From a virus: 64,000 nt of DNA. The notes under the pieces are model-generated. The model was not told where the DNA came from and ran no database searches. It was given only the letters and a program-made list of their open reading frames with translations. Numbering within the stretch: the stretch's first letter is position 1; each line of letters begins with the position of its first letter. The stretch is from the IMG/VR virus record IMGVR_UViG_3300042400_000421, positions 1 through 64,000 of that record. One strand, given 5' to 3'. This document shows positions 55,024 to 64,000 of this stretch, piece by piece. Both the position numbers and the translations under genes were made by a program.

Positions 55024-58000
55024 TAAAGACCTCTGTTCAAGCCGCTGTATGTAGAGATTGTTCTACTTTGCAATCCGGCATTCTTTTGATTTTGTGGTCC
55101 AACATTAATATTGTAATTTTTCATCATAGATTCAAACCATTGCTTTTCACCAATGAAGTTATCAACATAAATATGAACGGTTGATGATGATGTTGTCTGA
55201 GGCTGTACAGGTCCGTTATATGATGGAGTTTTAGGAGTGTTAAATCTCATGTCATTCATTGCCTGAAGAGCAGTGATGCCAATATTCTTAACTGCGTTAG
55301 AGTTAATTACATAATTTCCACCGTGAAGCATTGCAGGGAGTCCGGGAACTGCGCCACCAATTTTATATTCGGGGATTATACCACCGTTTTTAAACGGCTT
55401 TGGCTGATATGTCCCTTGGTTGATATTCTGAAGCATCCCCCAACCGTATTTCTTAACGGCTGAATTTCTTACAACATATTCACCACCATGGAGGATGGCA
55501 GGAATTCCTTGTTGAATTGGACCAGTGGTTGCTCCACCGTCACCATAAGGAATGGGACCACCCATTTCACGAAGTTTGTATCCGTTATATCCTTCCGATC
55601 TAGAGCCTTTTGTATACAAATTTCTAATAATTGTTAATGATGTTTTATTGGCAGTATTTGAAAGTGTTGGGTATTTCTTAACAAAGTTTTCAAACACCAC
55701 TAGCGCATTTTCATTTGCTTTATTATTTTTAAGCATGGTAAATGCAGTTGCGAGGTTGTTAACAATAAACTGTCCATTTGCACCACGGTAATTACTCATC
55801 ATTACCTGAGCCATTCCTCTAGGAGTTACAATTCCACCTTTACCAACTTGCACAAGACCTGTTTCTGTTCCAGTGCCTCCACCAGTGCCTCCACCAGTGC
55901 CATCGCCAGTGCCTCCACCTTTTCCACCACCAGTGCCTCCACCAGAGGATTCTCCTTCATTCTTTGCAACAAGTTCTTTGTAGTCTGCGTAAATCTTGAA
56001 TAGTTCTGCAAACTTAGTTGAAGACTCTCCAACGGCTGTGTTTAAAGTATCTGTAAGACCGATGTACTTTTGCTTCATCCCTTCAATTGAGGCATCAATG
56101 GTTGTTTGCCACACACCATTCTCACCAAAAGGATTATTCTTAGCAATAGTGTCAGCTATTGATGCAAGACTCGTAGTCAATGGGCCTTGAGCGTCTACTC
56201 CAAGTGCTCCAAGTGCACCTGTAAATGTTCCAGCAAAACTACCGCCAGCAGATGTTCCATATTCATTTGCAGCAGTCTTTAATTTTTCTAGCTGTTCATT
56301 AAATTTATCAGCAGTTGTTGGAGGGAATTCAGTAATCTTCTTTGCCGCGTCTGTAAAGTTCTTGATCATGTCATCAAAATACTTAGTTGCAATTTCTTTT
56401 GCATTCTTGATTGAATCAACCAAATCTGCTTTTCTTTGGTCTGCTAATTCTTGATTTCTTGAAACTTCAAGATCTGCTATTTCTTTCTGAGAATCTACTT
56501 CAGACTTTCTTCCTTCAAGTGAAATTTGTCTTGCATCGTCAATACGACCTTCATAAATTGCAAGTTGATAGTTGCGCTGAGAGTTGAGTTGGTTAAGAGC
56601 TCTCTTCTCTTCCATCTCTCTTTTCTTATTTTCATATTCTTTTGTCTTAGTAAGTCTTTCTTCAGCCTTGGCAACCGTTTCAATTTTTGTAATTTGATCG
56701 TCATAAAGCTTAAGAGATGCTTCTTTTTGTGTTTTAAGACCTTCAGTAAGAGCAGTTACTGTGTCTGACATTATTGTTTTAATGCGGTCTTGGATATCGT
56801 TCTGCAACTCTTCCTTTAAAGATTTCGAGTAACTTGCCATCCTCTTGGCAAGAGCTTTACCACCCTTATCTGCACCTTCCTCAATGCCAGTACCAATATC
56901 ATTAGCAATCTTTTCTTGCATTGATTTTGTATTGGGGACAGGGACTACTGGAGTAACCTTGACAGTTGCCTTAACAGACTTCATGCTTCGTGCTTTGTCA
57001 ATATATTCTGCAGTTGCGTCTAATGCCTGCGCAGCCTTTTTAAATACTCCTCCAACAAATGGGAGTTTGCCCATAGCCCCAATAACTTTGGAAATCATTT
57101 TTAATATTCCGGAGAACAGACCACCAAATGGTCCCATTAATCCAACAACAGTTTTTCCAATTCCATCAGCAATTTGACTGAAACCTTTAGCAAAATCTCC
57201 TTTAAATAGATTAATAATTCCAGAAACAAAAGATATTACACCACGGATAACTGCAAGCAATGGCTTAAGAGCCTGACCAACTCCACCACCTATTACATTT
57301 TTAAATAACCAGCCAATAAGTTTAGCAATAAACTTAATAACATCTGCAAGAATATTAAATGCGGTAGCAATGACTTGAACGACCATACTGCTACTGCTGG
57401 CACCGCCTGTTAGTTCTCCAAAGAAGTCAATGATTGGTTGAATTGCACCCTTAACACCGTCAACAATAAGACCCCATGCCTCTTGGAATGCTTTAATGCC
57501 AGGAGCGATTGCTTGTTTAAATTCTTTCCAGTTTTTTACAAGAATAATTATGATTGCAATAACAGCAGCAATAACAGCACCTACACCCGTGAACATTAAG
57601 AATCCACTACCCATGCTCGCAATAGCAGGGATTATTCCCATAATTGTTGAGCCAAGACTTGCAAACATTGGGCCAATTTTTGCGAGAAGGGACATTGGAT
57701 TTTTAAGAGCAGTCATAAAGCTTGGTCCAACCTTTGCCAACGCTGACCCCATGTCTTTGATGCCAGTAACTGGGTTCTTGGCAAAACTTGCAACGCCCTC
57801 TACTGCCCTAAATGTAGTTGCACCACCAAGGAATTTTGATCCAACTGCTTTTGTTGAGTCATAGGCTTTAGGAACAAAGTCTTTAACTTTGTCAGCAGCT
57901 AAACCAACATTTAACTTAGTTGTCGCTAGTCTGCCCTTAAATCCACCACCCATAATTGTGTCAACTGTGCTTTCATCAATTTTTTTACCTTTGAAGAATC

Positions 58001-61000
58001 TTTCCTTTATGAGTGTTCCTGTGCCAACACCACCAAGTTTTGTTGTTATACCCTTTGCTTCAAGTTCAAGTTTACGCATTGTTGCAACATGCTTACGCAT
58101 TGCATTTTCTTCAGCGAGCAAAACAAGAACTTGCTTGTCTCTATTGAGAACCATTGCATAGAATTTTTCTAATGCAATTTTATTTGAATCAGTTAAATCG
58201 GCTCTAAGCAGTGCAATCCTGTCTGCATTAAATTTTTTAAGGCGAGCAAGTCCTCTTGCATTTTCCAATGATTCAACTCTTGCTGAGACAGCAGCAGCCT
58301 CTAAAGCTGCTTGTGCTTGTATTTTTCTCCAGTTAAGAATTCTTCCACCGACTTTTGTGCCATCGGCTGCAGTTGAACCTGCAGGATAACGATACATTCC
58401 AGTAGGGCTAACGCTGGGTTTGAAAGCAGGTGTGCTTGCAGGAAGCATTCCTGCAGCAAGTTTTTCAGAGTAAGACATTGCTCCTCCACTTGCTAATGGA
58501 ATTGGTCTACCCCCAAGAAGTCTTTCAATTGTTCTCTTGTATCTATCAGCATAAGCCGCTGCTGCTTTTTTAGCGACATCTGCCTCATGAGCAATTCTGT
58601 CTGCATCTGGTAAACTTAATTCAGCAGCAGTAAGTTTTCTTGGGACTGGCATGATAGGCATGTCAGGCATTCCTCCAGCAGTTTTAGCAGAAAACATTCC
58701 TTTAAACCCTTTTGCTGGAGAACTACCATCTCCTGTGCGACTAAACATTCCAGAAGACATGAGATCTGCTGTCATAGCAGCCTCTCTTGAAGAATTTAAT
58801 TCAAGGACTGATTTTGATAATGCGATATTTGCAGTTGTTTGTTTCTGAAGAACGCCAGTTACTAAACCAATCTTCTCAGCAAACTTAGCTATTGGGCCGC
58901 CACCGCTAGCCATCTGTGAAATGAACGTTGCAAACTTACCACTTGTATTTACAACAGTATCGCCCATAACAGTAAGAGGCTTAGTTAAATTAAGCATCTT
59001 TGTATTTGCAGCGACCATTTCAACTGTCATTGTTTTTAGACCCGGCAAGAATCCAAATACAACTTTTGCAACGCTTCCAATTGCCAGCCTTACTTGACCA
59101 AATGCAAAAATTAATGGTCCAATCGCAGCAGTTGCAATCCCAATCCCAACAACTAGTTTTGCTATAAATTCTTGAGTTGCAGGGGTAAGCCTTTTCCATG
59201 CATCATAAAGGTTTGATGCAACTTCTGCAATCTTTTCAATTCCTGGTCTAACAATTTTAAGGATATCAGTAGCAAAACCCTTAAATGTGTTCTTAACCCT
59301 TTGAATGGTTACGTCTAACGAAGCTAGCGCTGTTTCTAATTCTCGGTCAGCAACTTCTTGAGCGTTTTTAACACCAGCAAGTTCAACATACATCGCTTTA
59401 CCCGCTTCAGTTGCTGTTTGTCCAATTAAGTCAATGCCTTCTTTTTGTGAAACATTTTTAATACCTTCTGCAACGGCATCTCTTACTTTGATAGCCTCGT
59501 CAATTTGCGATTGCGTTACGCTCGCAGAAAAACCTTCAACTGCTTTGCCCGCTTGTGCGGTTGCAATTCTTGCGATAATCGCAATATCTTTGTATGATTT
59601 AATTAATGGTAATTGAGCATTCTTTGTTGCATTGGCACTAGTAATAGCATTATTAGCAAAACCTTGAAGTCTTGCATCAGCAGAATTAATTGATTTGTTG
59701 GTATCTTTAAGAATAGAGTCAAACTCAGCAAGTTGCTGGATTGGAAGCAACATTCTTGTTCCCTGTCTTTTACCAAAGACTTGAGAGAAGAATTGAAGAA
59801 TACCTTCATTGCCAGGACCACCAGCTTTACTAAGAGCACCATACGCATCAATTAAAGCTTGAATGGCATCTAAGCCAGTTCCTCTTACTAATTTAAAGTG
59901 ATCTCCATACTTTTCTGTAAGGCTTGCAAACATTTTTTCTGTCTTTACAGTTGGATTTATTAGACTCTGCAAAGAGAACTTAATACCATTAGCAGAAGCA
60001 CCAACTTCAAGACCAGCAGCTTTCATAGGGGCAAGAAGACTTGCTGCTTCAGTCATTGACAAACCGAAAGTTGTTGCAGCAGATGCAACTTCAGGGAATG
60101 CTTTAGCAATGTCTTTCATGCTTAAGGCTGTTTGGTTTTCAATAATGTTGAAAAGATTTAATTGGGCGGTAGCTGCAGCAATCGCCCTTGTTTCAAATTG
60201 TTCAGCAGTTAATCCTTTTGACTCACCGCTCTGCTCCATCGCTCTTCTCGCTTGGAAATATAAACTCTGGACAAGATCTTGCGCAGCTCCAATATCCATA
60301 CTACCAAGTTTTTCAGTCTTAGCAGTTAGCTCAGTTATCTTGGCAATACTTTCTGCAGTTTGAATACCTAATTCAGCAAAGTCTGCAGCAAGACCAACGG
60401 TGAGGCTTTTTGCTATACCGAATCGATTACTTGTTGCTGAGAGTGATTTATCAAGTTGATTAAATTTATCAACCATTGTATTTAACTGTTCATTCTGAGC
60501 CTTTGTTCCTGCCCCCAGAACGCCCATCTTGCGAGCAGCAGCATCAAGATTTGGAGCAACACCTTCAAGAATTTTATTTAAACGAACAAACTCTTTATCA
60601 ACAGCGACAACCGCTTGCAGACCATAACGACCAAAAGCCATAATTGGTGTTGTAAGACCAATGATAAGACTTCTACCAACGAATTGTGCGTCTTTACCTA
60701 AACGCTTTTGTTCTTGTGAAACAGATTTTAAATCCTCAACTAAAGCACCGAGCTTAACGCTCTTGATTGCTTTTTGATAATTTTGCATATCTTTGATTCC
60801 GGCCCGTGAAAAAGCCGCAGAATGCCCGCTAGCAAGGCTGAACTCTTTGCCAAGCCCAGCAATCTCTTTTTTAACTCTTCCCATTTCATTGGAAAGCACG
60901 ACCTGATTACGAGTTAACTGAGAAAGTGTTTTAGCATGGCTTTTAAGTGATGAGTCAGCAGAACCGACTGCTTGTGACAATGCTCGACTTCTTGCGTCAA

Positions 61001-61124
61001 GATTTTTCATTGGATTAGATACGCTGTTAATCGCACGATTAAGTTGCGTCATTGCATTACTAAGTTTGTAGACTTCCTCTACACCCGTAGTGGCAATTCC
61101 TAATACAATATCTACATCACTCAT
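55023..61124 (-). CDS. tape measure protein
   Basis: 2033 aa, Ala/Gly-rich helical, after tail chaperone; C-terminal AILHGGEYVV motifs. Confidence 0.95.
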   Translation of the reverse strand: MSDVDIVLGIATTGVEEVYKLSNAMTQLNRAINSVSNPMKNLDARSRALSQAVGSADSSLKSHAKTLSQLTRNQVVLSNEMGRVKKEIAGLGKEFSLASGHSAAFSRAGIKDMQNYQKAIKSVKLGALVEDLKSVSQEQKRLGKDAQFVGRSLIIGLTTPIMAFGRYGLQAVVAVDKEFVRLNKILEGVAPNLDAAARKMGVLGAGTKAQNEQLNTMVDKFNQLDKSLSATSNRFGIAKSLTVGLAADFAELGIQTAESIAKITELTAKTEKLGSMDIGAAQDLVQSLYFQARRAMEQSGESKGLTAEQFETRAIAAATAQLNLFNIIENQTALSMKDIAKAFPEVASAATTFGLSMTEAASLLAPMKAAGLEVGASANGIKFSLQSLINPTVKTEKMFASLTEKYGDHFKLVRGTGLDAIQALIDAYGALSKAGGPGNEGILQFFSQVFGKRQGTRMLLPIQQLAEFDSILKDTNKSINSADARLQGFANNAITSANATKNAQLPLIKSYKDIAIIARIATAQAGKAVEGFSASVTQSQIDEAIKVRDAVAEGIKNVSQKEGIDLIGQTATEAGKAMYVELAGVKNAQEVADRELETALASLDVTIQRVKNTFKGFATDILKIVRPGIEKIAEVASNLYDAWKRLTPATQEFIAKLVVGIGIATAAIGPLIFAFGQVRLAIGSVAKVVFGFLPGLKTMTVEMVAANTKMLNLTKPLTVMGDTVVNTSGKFATFISQMASGGGPIAKFAEKIGLVTGVLQKQTTANIALSKSVLELNSSREAAMTADLMSSGMFSRTGDGSSPAKGFKGMFSAKTAGGMPDMPIMPVPRKLTAAELSLPDADRIAHEADVAKKAAAAYADRYKRTIERLLGGRPIPLASGGAMSYSEKLAAGMLPASTPAFKPSVSPTGMYRYPAGSTAADGTKVGGRILNWRKIQAQAALEAAAVSARVESLENARGLARLKKFNADRIALLRADLTDSNKIALEKFYAMVLNRDKQVLVLLAEENAMRKHVATMRKLELEAKGITTKLGGVGTGTLIKERFFKGKKIDESTVDTIMGGGFKGRLATTKLNVGLAADKVKDFVPKAYDSTKAVGSKFLGGATTFRAVEGVASFAKNPVTGIKDMGSALAKVGPSFMTALKNPMSLLAKIGPMFASLGSTIMGIIPAIASMGSGFLMFTGVGAVIAAVIAIIIILVKNWKEFKQAIAPGIKAFQEAWGLIVDGVKGAIQPIIDFFGELTGGASSSSMVVQVIATAFNILADVIKFIAKLIGWLFKNVIGGGVGQALKPLLAVIRGVISFVSGIINLFKGDFAKGFSQIADGIGKTVVGLMGPFGGLFSGILKMISKVIGAMGKLPFVGGVFKKAAQALDATAEYIDKARSMKSVKATVKVTPVVPVPNTKSMQEKIANDIGTGIEEGADKGGKALAKRMASYSKSLKEELQNDIQDRIKTIMSDTVTALTEGLKTQKEASLKLYDDQITKIETVAKAEERLTKTKEYENKKREMEEKRALNQLNSQRNYQLAIYEGRIDDARQISLEGRKSEVDSQKEIADLEVSRNQELADQRKADLVDSIKNAKEIATKYFDDMIKNFTDAAKKITEFPPTTADKFNEQLEKLKTAANEYGTSAGGSFAGTFTGALGALGVDAQGPLTTSLASIADTIAKNNPFGENGVWQTTIDASIEGMKQKYIGLTDTLNTAVGESSTKFAELFKIYADYKELVAKNEGESSGGGTGGGKGGGTGDGTGGGTGGGTGTETGLVQVGKGGIVTPRGMAQVMMSNYRGANGQFIVNNLATAFTMLKNNKANENALVVFENFVKKYPTLSNTANKTSLTIIRNLYTKGSRSEGYNGYKLREMGGPIPYGDGGATTGPIQQGIPAILHGGEYVVRNSAVKKYGWGMLQNINQGTYQPKPFKNGGIIPEYKIGGAVPGLPAMLHGGNYVINSNAVKNIGITALQAMNDMRFNTPKTPSYNGPVQPQTTSSSTVHIYVDNFIGEKQWFESMMKNYNINVGPQNQKNAGLQSRTISTYSGLNRGL
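55870..55943 (-). repeat. 12-bp tandem coding repeat (GGGT linker)
   Basis: Repeated ccagtgcctcca units encoding GGGTGGGKGGGTGDGTGGGTGGGTG. Confidence 0.8.
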
Positions 61125-61172
61125 TAATTAGCACCTCTTAAATTATCCCATTTTAATCTGCAAAACGCAATG

Positions 61173-61819
61173 TTATTCTTCAATAGTTTCAAATCCGAGA
61201 GATATTGGAAGTGATCCATAGTTAGAACTGTTAATGTATGGAGCTTCTTCTTCCGGCATAGGGTCGTACCAATCATCACTAAAGTCAACCTCACCACCAA
61301 AAGCAACTGCTGACGCTTTAATTGACTTTGTATATTCATTTCCACATGCCCGATACAAAAGGAACAACTCATGCAAAAGCAATGAGTCTTCCAGTTCTTC
61401 TAGGCTTTTCCAAGCACCGATTTGTACGAATATTTCTGATTCGTATTTAAGCAGGGGGAGGTCATCCCAAGCGATTGGTTCGCCTGTGCCTCCAGACTCC
61501 CCCTCTATTGGTTTGGGTCGCCACCCATAGCAACCAACATGAGCTCTTGGAAAGAGCGTAAGTCAAGTGCGTCTTCCAATGCTTCATCATCAGCAGCAAG
61601 TTCTGGGTCTACCTTTTTAAGAGCAATCTTTGCCGCAGCAACCATCTTATCAATGTCCTCATCCGAGAGTGAACCTTCGTCAGTTGACTTCATATCATTG
61701 GCAACCTTCATAAATTCTCTAAGCGAGCGAATTGTAAGAGGCTTGATAGATCTCGTTTTTCCGTCTGCAAATACAATATCTGTACCCTTATGCATATCGA
61801 CATTCTTATTATTAGCCAT
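61173..61819 (-). CDS. tail assembly chaperone, -1 frameshift (gpGT-like) product
   Basis: Slippery C CCA AAC at 61511-61517; the -1 frame is open to 61173 (...IAWDDLPLLKYESEIFVQIGAWKSLEELEDSLLLHEL...). Confidence 0.85.
61505..61819 (-). CDS. tail assembly chaperone (gpG-like)
   Basis: 104 aa from MANNK, between major tail gene and TMP. Confidence 0.88.
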   Translation of the reverse strand: MANNKNVDMHKGTDIVFADGKTRSIKPLTIRSLREFMKVANDMKSTDEGSLSDEDIDKMVAAAKIALKKVDPELAADDEALEDALDLRSFQELMLVAMGGDPNQ

Positions 61820-61853
61820 TTTGTAATTTCCTACCTTTGCGTGTATACAGAGA

Positions 61854-61890
61854 AATCCTCTGTGCAGTATATAATACCACACAGAGGATT
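61854..61890 (-). terminator. long hairpin after major tail gene (terminator or regulatory)
   Basis: AATCCTCTGTG/CACAGAGGATT arms, extendable to 17 bp with G-U pairs. Confidence 0.55.
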
Positions 61891-61919
61891 GCCCAAGTAC
61901 TAATTTTAAATGTTATTTA

Positions 61920-62519
61920 TTAAGCTGGCTTCTGGTCAATAATCTTGCCGTACTCGTATCCAGTATCATCAGATGCTGGGAGAACACGGAATGAAACTGC
62001 GAAGACTGTTGCCTCTGCTCGCTTCATGCTGATTGTTGAAGATTCCATCGAAATAGCTCTCTTTGTTCTAAACTTACGGGTATAAGTCGTTGAAGCGGTT
62101 GAGTTTGGCGCATTTCCTTCAATCTGAACTGCTTTTTCGAATGGGTAAACATTCTGACCACCAAACTTGAATGTTGTGGTGTTTGTACCGTCAAGGTTGT
62201 TAACAATATCAGAAGCTGCTGAGTCAGAGTTTGCAACTGTTGAGTTGTAACTCCATGCTACAGCAAGGTTCTCCAATGTGCCTTCAGCCATAGTCGTCTT
62301 GACCATAACCTTAACCTTCGACTGGATGACTTTTGCAGCGTCACCGAACTGGTCAACCTCAATGTCAACCATATCTGGTTGCCATGAAATTTCTACTCCA
62401 CCTTGCGTGTATCCCACATGGCGGAGGGCATCGAAATCGGATCCAGTCATTGTCAAGTTGGATGTTCCAACTCTTACGACTGCTTCACCTACGACTATAT
62501 TTGCGGCTGTTGTTGCCAT
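61920..62519 (-). CDS. major tail protein
   Basis: NIVVG...VGYTQGGVEI...EVDQ...TTMAEGTLENL; GGAGG RBS; upstream of chaperone. Confidence 0.88.
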   Translation of the reverse strand: MATTAANIVVGEAVVRVGTSNLTMTGSDFDALRHVGYTQGGVEISWQPDMVDIEVDQFGDAAKVIQSKVKVMVKTTMAEGTLENLAVAWSYNSTVANSDSAASDIVNNLDGTNTTTFKFGGQNVYPFEKAVQIEGNAPNSTASTTYTRKFRTKRAISMESSTISMKRAEATVFAVSFRVLPASDDTGYEYGKIIDQKPA

Positions 62520-62535
62520 TTTAGATTCCTCCTAA

Positions 62536-62730
62536 TTATTCGAGAAAAAAGATTTTCTTTCCTCTTTTGTCACGCCATTTAGCGATCTTTTGTACATGAT
62601 CTGGGCTAACTTCTTCTTTTTTATTACCAATTCCCAAGCCTTTTTGCCATTCAAACTCGTAAGATTTAGCGCCCATTTTAACGGTATACCCTTCGGCCTT
62701 ACCAATGTATGTAATAGTAGTATACTTCAT
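62536..62730 (-). CDS. small basic hypothetical protein
   Basis: 64 aa; TGTGG-TATGCT ends 8 nt upstream. Confidence 0.7.
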   Translation of the reverse strand: MKYTTITYIGKAEGYTVKMGAKSYEFEWQKGLGIGNKKEEVSPDHVQKIAKWRDKRGKKIFFLE

Positions 62731-62752
62731 ATCCTATTAGCATACCACAAAT

Positions 62753-63169
62753 TTAAAGACTTGTTGAGAATATGCGGAAATCTAAGTCCATCTGATACCA
62801 GCCTTCTTTTTCAAGAGGTTCAATCAAACTAGAACCCAGAAACACAGAGGATTTGAACCGATGATTGGCACTTGTAATACCACCAGACTGCTGCACACTG
62901 TCCCCATGACCTAATAAATAAATTATTCTTTCTGCTAATTTAAAGAGTCTATCAACATCGCTATCATACAAAGAATACCTGACCAAATCATTCCTATTCC
63001 AAAACGCCTCTACTGACGGGATTGAAGGACTAAAGAAGTAAACAACAAAAGGAGGGGACTCAGTTCCATATCCGATAACTGGGAAGAAGTTCATGGTCTT
63101 CCCAGCAATACTTTGAAGAGTTGCATCATTCTTTAAAAATGTATTTACATCATAAACGCTTATTGTCAT
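62753..63169 (-). CDS. tail terminator-like protein
   Basis: Position and size; PPFVVY motif. Confidence 0.65.
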   Translation of the reverse strand: MTISVYDVNTFLKNDATLQSIAGKTMNFFPVIGYGTESPPFVVYFFSPSIPSVEAFWNRNDLVRYSLYDSDVDRLFKLAERIIYLLGHGDSVQQSGGITSANHRFKSSVFLGSSLIEPLEKEGWYQMDLDFRIFSTSL

Positions 63170-63711
63170 TTCGCTCTACTCCTAACTCTTGGCAAATCAA
63201 TTATGCCAGTTGCCCCGCCTCTTGGACCAAAGCCAAAACGAGCCAATGCATATTCCAAGTTCTTAATAATCTGCTCTTTAGCCTCTCTCTTGAGTTCATC
63301 TTCATGCCCTGGCATTCTCGGAATTTTTGCATCCCATAATGCGGATGGATAAGGGGGGACAGATTCTTTTCTTAATTTCATACGATAATCGCCTTTTGCT
63401 TTTACAGAATAAGATTTACGACCTTTAAGAAATACTGAAGCTGCAATATATGCATCACCACCAGCAGATGTCTTTGCAGTCTTTGTTGGTGCTATTGTCA
63501 ATTTATAACCTAATTTACCAGATGCAGCAATAGTGTATTCCAGATATTGTGATGCTGGATATTTCCTATAAAGATTTTGACCAAGATTATTTGCTGTACG
63601 AAACAAAGCTGATTGCTGGGCAGAAGCAACTCTGTTTGGAAAAGTATCAATTTTATTCATAATAGCTTCCATCTGTTTAGTCGCATTAGAATTAATAGTC
63701 ATTTTAAGCAT
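63166..63711 (-). CDS. neck/tail-completion protein
   Basis: Basic protein in head-tail block; start MLKMT. Confidence 0.6.
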   Translation of the reverse strand: MLKMTINSNATKQMEAIMNKIDTFPNRVASAQQSALFRTANNLGQNLYRKYPASQYLEYTIAASGKLGYKLTIAPTKTAKTSAGGDAYIAASVFLKGRKSYSVKAKGDYRMKLRKESVPPYPSALWDAKIPRMPGHEDELKREAKEQIIKNLEYALARFGFGPRGGATGIIDLPRVRSRAK

Positions 63712-64000
63712 TTTCAACAACCCTTCTTGCGCCAACAATTAGATGATGAAGTCTTCCACCAAAACCCATTTGCTTACGGATACTTATTATTTCCAATGGA
63801 CCAGTTTCAATTACATTTCCATAACGATCTTTTACATTTAAAATTCTATTATTGTAAGAGATAAAACCAGAGTCTTGATAAGAAATGTAAAACTTATATT
63901 CTTCAATGTTTTCAATATATGGCTCAATTCTTCTTTCGCTGACTCCTGACTGGTAAGAGGCAGGGATAGTCGCTGTTTTTGTAAATGTTATTGTTTTTTG
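63704..64000 (-). CDS. head-closure/head-to-tail protein (partial, 5' end outside window)
   Basis: Open frame QKTITFTKTATIPA...NRILNVKDRYG...LIVGARRVVENA*. Confidence 0.6.
   Translation of the reverse strand, partial: QKTITFTKTATIPASYQSGVSERRIEPYIENIEEYKFYISYQDSGFISYNNRILNVKDRYGNVIETGPLEIISIRKQMGFGGRLHHLIVGARRVVENA

Noticed and set aside
61505-61507. Stop-codon readthrough or recoded genetic code
   Set aside because: Reading through the TAG meets another TAG soon after; long genes are intact under the standard code and no suppressor tRNA is present
3475-62236. Other same-strand alternative-frame ORFs (e.g. 3475-3705, 15336-15653, 28948-29145, 61124-61372)
   Set aside because: Low-complexity Leu/Met-rich translations inside real genes, with no recognisable motif, unlike 29401-29775
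1810-63864. All plus-strand ORFs in the track
   Set aside because: Antisense shadows of well-supported minus-strand genes; no motifs or RBS noticed
1-64000. Prophage, integrase, transposase, DGR or retron
   Set aside because: No recombinase, transposase or reverse-transcriptase motifs and no host-chromosome gene context in the window

Overview
AT-rich 64 kb segment of a large tailed dsDNA phage (siphovirus-type), with essentially all real genes on the minus strand. Two WhiB regulators, an Rpf-type transglycosylase and leaderless promoters point to an actinobacterial host. The gene order (tail, replication, terminase) resembles Streptomyces BE/BK-like phages; this is an inference. Reading in transcription direction (right to left): head-tail and tail genes, with a -1 frameshifted tail assembly chaperone, a 2033-aa tape measure, a PA14/LamG tail protein and an S74-chaperoned fibre. 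Next is a full replication module (metallophosphoesterase, WhiB, DnaB, primase, SSB, HAD nucleotidase, DnaE). A three-glycosyltransferase plus FkbM methyltransferase cassette is coupled to dnaE. It is followed by RecA, a resolvase, three DNA methyltransferases (one with a nested out-of-frame ORF and about five TRD-like modules), a Cas4-like nuclease, RuvC and the terminase. A non-coding junction holds a candidate packaging site. About 20 kb of small early/accessory genes follow, including three tRNAs (Leu-UAA, Ile-UAU, Arg-UCU), and the left end carries DnaA-box clusters and a repeated ACCTTTATGG motif. Best leads: the dnaE-coupled glycosylation cassette, the DnaA-box arrays, the nested/multispecific C5 methyltransferase, the AT-codon tRNA trio including rare tRNA-Ile(UAU), and a self-contained leaderless 28-codon transcript. 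All calls come from reading motifs by eye; no database searches were run.
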